In this document: positions 55,012 to 64,000 of the stretch, one piece after another
Position numbering within the stretch: position 1 is the first letter of the stretch
Layout of the letters: each line of letters opens with the position of its first letter
From: Octopus sinensis
Taxonomy: Eukaryota
NCBI RefSeq assembly: GCF_006345805.1
Contig: NC_043012.1
Location: 17,360,001 to 17,424,000 of the forward strand
Direction of reading: 5' to 3'
Length of the DNA stretch: 64,000 bases
Made by a program: the position numbers and the translations under genes
Notes under the pieces: generated by a model
Databases searched by the model: none
Told to the model about the DNA's origin: nothing
The model's input: only the letters and a program-made list of their open reading frames with translations

Positions 55012-55191
55012 CGCAGGATTTTTTGCGTGGTAGTAAGTTTCATTCTCAGCAATATGATTCCCGGTTCACTCCCACTACGTGGCACCTTCGGCAAGTGTCT
55101 TCCACCATAGCCTTGGACCGACCAAAGCCCTCTGAGTGGATTTGGTGGACAGAAGCCCGTCGCATATATATGTATATATATTATATATTAT

Positions 55192-55272
<81 letters not shown>

Positions 55273-55487
55273 GCATGTGTGTATGTATGCGTGTGTATGT
55301 GTGTGTCTGTTGTTTTGCGTCTGTGTTTATGTCCCTATAACTTCGTGATCCGCCTAAAGGGGCCAATATAATAAGAACCAGGCTTAACTAAAGAGAAACA
55401 CAGGGTTCGGTCCGTACAACTAAAATTCTTCTAGTGTTGCTCCAGCATGGCTGCAGTCTAATAACGGAAGCAAGTAAAAGATAAGAA
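55012..55487 (+). mobile_element. SINE family B, degenerate, with expanded internal (TA)n
   Basis: gtggcaccttcggcaagtgtcttc..gagtggatttgg..ctccagcatggctgcagtc. Confidence 0.8.
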
Positions 55488-55564
55488 ATTGAAGATGAAA
55501 GATAGATTTGTGTGTGTGCGTGTGTGTTTTGTGTCTATGAGTGTGCGTGCGAGTCTCTGAGCTT

Positions 55565-55606
<42 letters not shown>

Positions 55607-56150
55607 TATATATATAGATATGTGTGTGTGTGTGTGTATGTGTGTGTGTGTGTGTATGTGTGTGTATGTGTGTGTGTGTGTGTACGTTTGTGCACACGTT
55701 TCTACAAAATGTCAAATTTCTTAAACTTTGAAATTTCTTAAAACAAATTAATTATGGTATTTTCGAGTGCCTTATCAGCATAATGGTGAATCTGTTGACA
55801 TTCATCGCAATAACAAAATCAAAGAATTTTGCTATTTTACTGCCAAAAAGAGAAAAAAAAAAAGCAACAACAAAAAACAAAAAAAAAACACCACGCAGGT
55901 TGTAGAATTGATGCAAGTCCAAAAGCAGATCGCTGCGTAAGATCACTGTATAACGGTTTGCCAAAATTCTGAAATAAAAATAGGAGAAAAAAAGAAATGG
56001 CATCTGAAATATAGCGGAAGCGAGGACGCTTCTTCAAAAATGGAAACTTTAAAGAAAAAAAAATTGAAAAATAAAAGGAAAAATACAGCAAAATATGCAA
56101 CGATGCGAATAACGTGACTAAGTACAGAATTCTGGAAGCAGAATGTAATT

Positions 56151-56184
<34 letters not shown>

Positions 56185-56303
56185 TGCACACACACATAAA
56201 GAAACAAATATTCATCCCAAACACAGACATATATGCTTGCGCACGAACTTGCGCAATACATGAGCCTATTTATGTATATATGTATATGTACGTCTTTACA
56301 TAC

Positions 56304-56353
<50 letters not shown>

Positions 56354-56555
56354 CGTTTTTTGTTTATTTACCATATATTTTTCATTTATCATACACACAC
56401 ACACATACAAGCACATAAACACACACATGTGTGTGTGTATGTGTGTGTTTTCGAAGATTCCTGATGTTAAATCGTGTGATGAAGCAGATATTATTATATT
56501 TCGGGATGGTCATTTGGCAAAAAAAAAAGACCATCCCCAAATATAACAATATAGC

Positions 56556-56592
<37 letters not shown>

Positions 56593-57278
56593 GCAAGATA
56601 TTAAATATAGGAATGGAGAATTATACATCTTCAAAAGCTTGTTTATTACAGTATTATATACAATACATTCACATTAAATCACTGTCCGACTCGTTTTTCT
56701 ACTTCATAGGTATCCTAAAATGTGGCATCTAATTGCAACCTGTTGGTTCACTTGCGTTCGAAGTGCATCCAGGATATACGTTGCCTACGCATTTGTATAC
56801 ATATATTACCACTGTGGGTCTTTAAAGCGAACTGAAGAGTCCAGTGCTTGGCGGCCTCATTCTAAATTTAATTTAGGAGGGGGTTTACGTTTGCGCTTCG
56901 TTAGAAGATGGCAGTGATTGTGAAACATGATATGGCAATAAAGTCTGCTATCATATTAAACCTTAAGTGATCCCTAAGGTTTTTCAAGGGAATAGCATGA
57001 AAGTAAATTTTGGATTCAGGGAAACCTTAATTTTTCAAGATTTCTTTTGCTCACTGGACACGTAAGATGCAGACAAAAAGAACTTTAGGAATAAAAGGAG
57101 TGATTTAGAGGAATAAAGAGAGGTTTGACGATTTAGCGTCTACTTTCAGCATAAGCATAATCTCTTCTGTCCTTAAACATGGTTGTGTTTTACACTATTA
57201 TAAATCTCTCTAAATGAATTTAATTTAATAGGTCTATATTATATGCTGGCGACTGATAAAATTTTTAATGGTTTTATC

Positions 57279-57590
<312 letters not shown>

Positions 57591-58261
57591 AGACAGTCAG
57601 GTTGATTGTCCTCGTAGTTTATTACAATTTCAGCCAAATTATATCGAGTAACATTTTTTCTCCCGCAGAGTATTGCCTGAAAAGTACATACGTTCGTTAA
57701 ACTGATTTCCTTAGTAACGAAATAGGAAAGCCACAAAGAAAGATACACAAGCTTAAGAAAATAACTAGAGTTACAAGTTTAAATAAAATTATACAAATTG
57801 ATGCATTTTGGGGTTTTCAAAATTGCATTAAAGGAAAAAATTGGGGATATGCATAAAGCAATGACAGCTCTCTGAAATATATAAATGCAACATAAATTTG
57901 TGATTTCTGTAAAACTTAAATTGTACACAGCGGGTGTAAGAAAACTTTTCACACATTAGCTCTTACGCAACTTACTGAAAGACCGTTTCATTATTTCATT
58001 TCTCTAAGACCTTAAGGAGCTGTTACACTATGGTTGTTTATGTACTTGATTATGGTAAACTTAAAGAACATTCTTTCTGTATATTTAATAACTTTTCACA
58101 TTTATGTCATACTGAGTTTTACCACGTAGTAAGGCAAAATAAAAGATTGAGTAAAGAGAAAGCTTAATTACTGAACACAGAAGGTATGAAACGATCCACC
58201 GGTGGGTGGGGCGTAAATATCATAATCTACGTCATACTTACATCACATATGCTATACTTAA

Positions 58262-58688
58262 CTCTTTATCTCTTTAATGCCCACAAGGGGCTAAGCATAG
58301 AGGAGACAAAAAAGGACAGAGAAAGGAATTAAGTCGATTATATCGACACCAGAACGTAACTGGTACATTCGACCCCGAATGGAGGAAAGGCAAAGTCGAC
58401 CTCGGCGATACTTCAACTCAGAACGTAGCGGCAGACGAAATACCTATTTCTTTGATATCCACAATGGGCTAAATACAGTGAGGACAAACAAGAACAGACA
58501 AACGGATTAAGTCGATTATATCGACACCAGTACGTAACAGGTACTTATTTAATCGACCCCGAATGGATGAAAGGCACAGTCGACCTCAGCGGAATTTGAA
58601 CTCGAACGTAAAAACCGATGAAATACCGCTATGAAATACCGCTAGGCATTTCGCCCGTCGTGCTAACGCTTCTGCTAGCTCGCCGCCT
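58262..58688 (-). mobile_element. SINE family A head-to-tail dimer
   Basis: Two cores joined at gaaatacctatttcttt (about 58437). Confidence 0.85.
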
Positions 58689-58862
58689 TAATCACATATG
58701 CTATAGTGAAAAAATATTATGGTACTCATATCAATATTATTTAGGATGTCGTATTTGGACCCTCGGACAAAACATGAATTATAGATCAAGAGTCAAATTG
58801 TTACTATATGCAAGAATGTCAAACGGCTTGATTTTGTGAGAAAGGATGTGATTCCTGCAGCA

Positions 58863-59022
58863 GTGGAATGGCGATTTGACGTCTATATCTAGCATGTTGA
58901 CTGTCCACTTTTCGTGTTCAGTCCTTAATTGGTATATATAAATATTTTAATCTTCAGATTCTTTTTAATATGCTAGACCACTGGTTTTAATTGACTAATA
59001 TCAATTTCTACCCTTAATTAAT
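58863..59022 (-). mobile_element. Copy of the 48633 family, abutting (TA)n
   Basis: atggcgatttgacgtctata..atgctagaccactggttttaattga..tttctaccctt is the reverse complement of 48640-48805. Confidence 0.75.
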
Positions 59023-60069
59023 TTATATATATATATATATATGAAGAAATTATGAACTAGAGATGGCGATGGTTGAGGAACGTGCGTGGATCTTGATCTC
59101 AAGACCAGATAATAAGTAAACAATGGAGTGAAGATCAGGGTCCCTGGAATATCGGAGTACCAGTTGTACATGTGTGTGAGAAAAATGTAAAGGAAATGAG
59201 TCATGAAAGAGCAAAAGATGAAACATAAAAGACACGAGGTTGGAGACGTTTTACTTCATATGTCGTTCGAGGTAATAACAATGTCTACATATATATGTAT
59301 GTATGTAGGTATGTATGTATGTATGTATGTATGTATGTTTATATGTATGTGTTTATGTGTGTTTATGTATGTGCATGTATGTGTGTATGTATGTATGTAT
59401 ATATGTATGTGTGTGTATGTATGTATGTGTGTATATATCATGTATGTGTGAATGTATTATGTATGTATGTGTGTGTGTATGTTTGTTTGTGTAACAAATT
59501 TTGTTTGCTTCAGTCAGAACAATTTTTAGCGATTATGAATGTATGTATTATTTAATATGTGCATATATATGTAATCGTGTGAACTTGTACTTACTTAGAG
59601 ACTGCGGTGATCCTTTGTTTTTTGTTTTTTTTTTAAGTGTGTTTTCTTACTGTTTACATGTAAATTCCGTATGTTCACGTGATTCCGCGCATGTTGTCAT
59701 ATGCTACCAATGGATTGTATTTAGAGAATGTTAATCAGTTTCGTTTGATCTTTCAGGAAAAATCTGAGATTTTTATGCCGTTATGCAAACCCCTTGCGTC
59801 ATAGCCCCGTGCAATATTGCAATATTTACAAACGAAAATTTGTAAATATTGCCATAAGATACAAAGAGCTGTTTTTCATTAGTTCCTTATAGATGTTACC
59901 TTTTCCATTACAAAATCCAGTCTTCCATGTTTGACAGGTGAAAGGATGAATCCCATACTAAATTGGACAAACCCTTCCTAGACGTAAAAATTGGTTTGCA
60001 TCGGACCAAACACCTAAACCCGGTTAAAATGTCAACGTTATAAAGGTGTCAATGATAATTGAAAATCTA

Positions 60070-60246
60070 CAATACATGGTAGAGGAAGCTCATAGGGAAA
60101 CAGGTAAGGTGTTGCAGCAAAATCTGTAAAGAAGAAATGTGCCAATTTAAGAGAAGCATAGAAGACAGCCAAGAGTCGAGAACAGTGGAGAAAAGTCATC
60201 GATTACCAATGATCCTAAGGGTGCGAAATGTTCAAGTAAAGTAAGC
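60070..60246 (+). mobile_element. Possible RTE LINE extreme 3' end
   Basis: KTAKSREQWRKVI followed by an aagtaaagtaag tail. Confidence 0.4.
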
Positions 60247-62048
60247 AGATGTTCGCCATTTCTCTGTTTTTATCTATTTATTTTTTTACGAAATCACAAA
60301 AGTCAATAATGTTTTTATCTTTAATTGAAAACTACCAAGCCTATTCTGTTTTCATTGGGTTGACAATTTTATTGCAATGTTCCTCCACTAAGCTTTAGTT
60401 TTAGAAGTGTTGGTATATGTAATCTTCTAAATGAGATGTGGTGTATCTGTCATAAGTCCCGGTGATGTTGCTACTCATGCTAGCATAGTTGGTACTCTCT
60501 AATTAACCGAATATGTACTCATGTATAACACCAATCTTCTGGTATGATGAGTTCGTCTTCCTATTTATTTGTATGTATGTATCCATGCAAGTACATATGT
60601 ATACATCTTTCTGCACATGTATGTGTGAGTGTATATACATATATGCATACATATATACATGCATACATACATACATGCATACATACATACATACATACAT
60701 ATATACATATATTTGTGTGCTAATGAAGAATTCAAACAGTCATGTGTTATTTTGTTGGAATGGATTTTAAGGTCTCTCTTGCGACTTACCTTTTATCCAC
60801 TGGCACCATATTCAGCTCTGAAGGGAGGTAATATTCTCTGACATAGATTCAGTGAAATAGTTCGCCGAAAATAATCACTTGTAGAGACTGAAAGTTTTGA
60901 AAAGAAGAGGCTGAAATTAAAAGTCAATTACGCGAGTATAATATACAAAAGCTAATTGTTTATTCTGTTTTATAGCTTCACATTTCTGATTTTAGTAGTG
61001 CCTCAAATGTACATTTTCACAAGTGATAATTGTTAAGTACTAAATAAAAGATTGATGGTTTAAAAATATATGAAGGTCTAAATATATAATGGCTAGAAAA
61101 CGAGCCAAATGGGAACTTGACCGTCTAGAAACAGTCGTAAAGTCTATAAAATCACACTTTGTCATCTTTCAAATGAAGCATTAAGGCTACACAACAGCGC
61201 CATAAAAATATGCTTTTAAAAGAGAATAAACTATGAGAACATAGAGAAAACTAACCATTGAAGAGAATATGTATGCGCTCAATTGAACAGCGTGAACATG
61301 CCGCCAAGTATCCCCTTTCGCCATACGCTATCGTCTTATAAATAATGGACGAAGATAGAAGTAGACCTCATTCATTTAGAATTGTTGAACGGCTGCAAAA
61401 TCTGGGTACCACTTTGAAGGCTCTTTATTCTTTTATGTTGACCCCCGCAGTTTAGTATGTTATTACTTTTTTGATCTTTATATATCGCACAGTGGAGCTG
61501 TTTTGAGATACTTTCATCTGGGAATGCTTCCATCATTTTACAGCCTTAATTACTGCAAGGTATTTCCACAAATTCACACCGGCTGTGACGTCTTTGTTCA
61601 TAGGTTTAGTAAAAGAGAAATGACCTGCAGCTAAAGAACAGCCATATTGAAGATATACAGAACTTAGCTACCCAATCAATATATATATGTATCTTATGCA
61701 ATCATTTTGTTTTACTCACATAAGTCTATTATTTCAGCAGCTCAGACACTAACTGAAAAATATTTAGAAATGGCGGCAAATGTGGTAAGGAGATCAACTG
61801 AAATAGCCTATCCCATTTATTAAAGCGATGAAATGCATTAGCTTCTTGTACTAATTCGTTGGGGATGTGCTTGAAGTGGACACGCAGATATTAACATGTA
61901 TATGAACACAGAAAAAGAAAGAAAGAAAAAAAGTACAAGCATACATACATACATACATACATACATACATACATGCATACATATATACATACAAACATGC
62001 ATATATACATATATATATGTATGTGTGTGTGCATATACAGTATATATA

Positions 62049-62099
<51 letters not shown>

Positions 62100-63362
62100 A
62101 TGTGTGTACATATATATATGTGTGCTTGTGTGTTTGTATGTATGTATATATATATGTGTGTATTTGTGTGTGTATATATAGATATACATATACAGTATAT
62201 ATATATACATATATATACATACACATACATACATACACACACATATCTATACATATGTGTATGTATGTGTGTGTATATATATATGTTTGTGTGTATATGT
62301 GTGTATATATATATGTGTGTGTGTCTGTGTGTATGCATATGTTTAAATGTGTGTGTAGACTGTGTGTGTGTGGTTACATACTTATTGCGATAATGCCAAA
62401 ACTATCCCCTTCTGCTTACTCTCTCACTGCCATCTCTGAAAAAAAAATAATAAAAAATAAGGGAAGAAAAAAAGTCAAAGAGAATCACTGGAAAATATGA
62501 ATCTATTTGAATGGTATGCAAGATCTAATAAAACTGACAAATCTGAGTGATTGCTGATAGCAAGAGAGACAAAAAAAAACGTTGTAGTTTATTAGTTACA
62601 GAAACCGAAGCAACAACACAAAACACTACGCAGCTACTGTTAGTACAAGTTTGTATAATAGACAACAACATGTCAAAATCTCCCTTGTTTTCTCTTTCAC
62701 TCTCTCTCTCTGTACTCCTCTCTGGAGCTCTATTAGTCTGTGACCAGATAGTGTGAGCATTTTTCATCGATAGAGTAAATAGTACATAGGTATAACAATA
62801 TTTCGCTGGTAAACAGCCTTTTGTGCAATGTCAGGAACGTAATTAAATAAAACTACTGCCGAACTAATAAAAGCTGTTCGCTGAGATATGAAATGAAATA
62901 AGTTTAGACAGACAGAATATCGCTGCATTGCTAAAATTGAATTTCTGCACTGAAAGATAAACACACGTTCATTGAAACATTCATGCGTACATATAAAAAC
63001 GTATGCGCGCATATATATAGACAAATATTCAAACGCAAACATACACACACACATATATATATTTGTATCATATCCATCTATCTAGCTACCTCTCTGTAAA
63101 TGTATTCTCCCATATTTACACAAATTATTATTGTTCATGCAAATATGTGTAGAGACATAAATATGTACAGATATGTGTATATATATATTATATATATGTA
63201 TGTATATTTTTACACACACACGCATGCACACTCATTCACATATGTAGAGGGAGGAAGAAGACCAGCGAAGAGGAAAGAAAAGAAATTATAATAACATTTT
63301 AAACCACAAGAGCAAGAATACAAAGTCATTATAATTGCAATGTAAGGGAAACACAAGAGGCA

Positions 63363-63393
63363 TACAACGTTTCGGTCGATAGACCATTGTCAA
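63363..63393 (-). ncRNA. Hammerhead-like motif with a U3-A8 core
   Basis: TTGACAA-T-GGTC-TATC-GACC-GAAAC-GTT-GTA; stem I absent. Confidence 0.5.
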
Positions 63394-63624
63394 AAAAAAG
63401 TTTGGTGAATAAAACGAGAGATTAATTGTAAAAGAATGTTAAGAGGAAAAACGAGATTAATATTAGTGGGTGTTCTTTGTAGTTGGTAGAAGAAATGTGA
63501 AAGTATAGTGGAGGAAGGCACAGTAGTGTTATGATTTGAAGTAACCAGAGCGGAATCTAAGGAAGATAAATTTGACCAGCGCCAGAAAGTTCAATGAAGT
63601 ACGTGCAGGAAAGCTTTAAATATT

Positions 63625-63650
63625 TATCTATCTGTCTGTCTGTCTGTATG

Positions 63651-63711
<61 letters not shown>

Positions 63712-63721
63712 GTATCTATCC

Positions 63722-63795
<74 letters not shown>

Positions 63796-63870
63796 ATGTC
63801 TGTATGTCTGTCTGTCTGTCTGCCTACTTGCCCGTCTGTCTGTCTGTCTATCTATCTATCCATCTAGCTA

Positions 63871-63928
<58 letters not shown>
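63625..63928. repeat. (TCTA)n/(TCTG)n/(TC)n microsatellite
   Basis: Direct reading. Confidence 0.9.
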
Positions 63929-64000
63929 CGTCAACACCTGCTCAATGGAGGGCTAAGCATACCGTGGTTGATGATGCGCTGAGATTGCGATATCTCCGGC

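Noticed and set aside
56690-57100. Second relic of the 11620-type transposase on the minus strand
   Set aside because: Motifs are too degenerate to call by eye.
59819-59852. 14-bp AT-rich hairpin as a terminator or miRNA
   Set aside because: Too short for a pre-miRNA, and intrinsic terminators do not apply in this eukaryotic context.

Overview
AT-rich eukaryotic DNA dense in microsatellites. The repeat content (tRNA-derived SINE families, (TA)n/(TATG)n/(TCTA)n arrays) resembles an octopus or other coleoid cephalopod genome, which is an inference from recognition, not a search. I found no credible host protein-coding exon, rRNA, functional tRNA or CRISPR array, and almost all ORFs in the supplied track are microsatellite translations. 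The window holds three SINE families, decayed mariner, hAT and other DDE transposases, two copies of a deleted mariner with TIRs and TA target duplications, a non-autonomous Helitron, RTE and CR1-type LINE 3' fragments, a 117-bp Pro-rich minisatellite, a 23-bp minisatellite with higher-order structure, and a 100-N gap. The most interesting signal is a set of Penelope-like (PLE) pieces, most sitting in or against (TA)n tracts. These comprise two GIY-YIG endonuclease fragments and several short non-coding elements with minimal hammerhead-ribozyme motifs, some with non-canonical cores (U3-A8, A6U). Several long inverted repeats are also present. Coordinates of degenerate relics are approximate.
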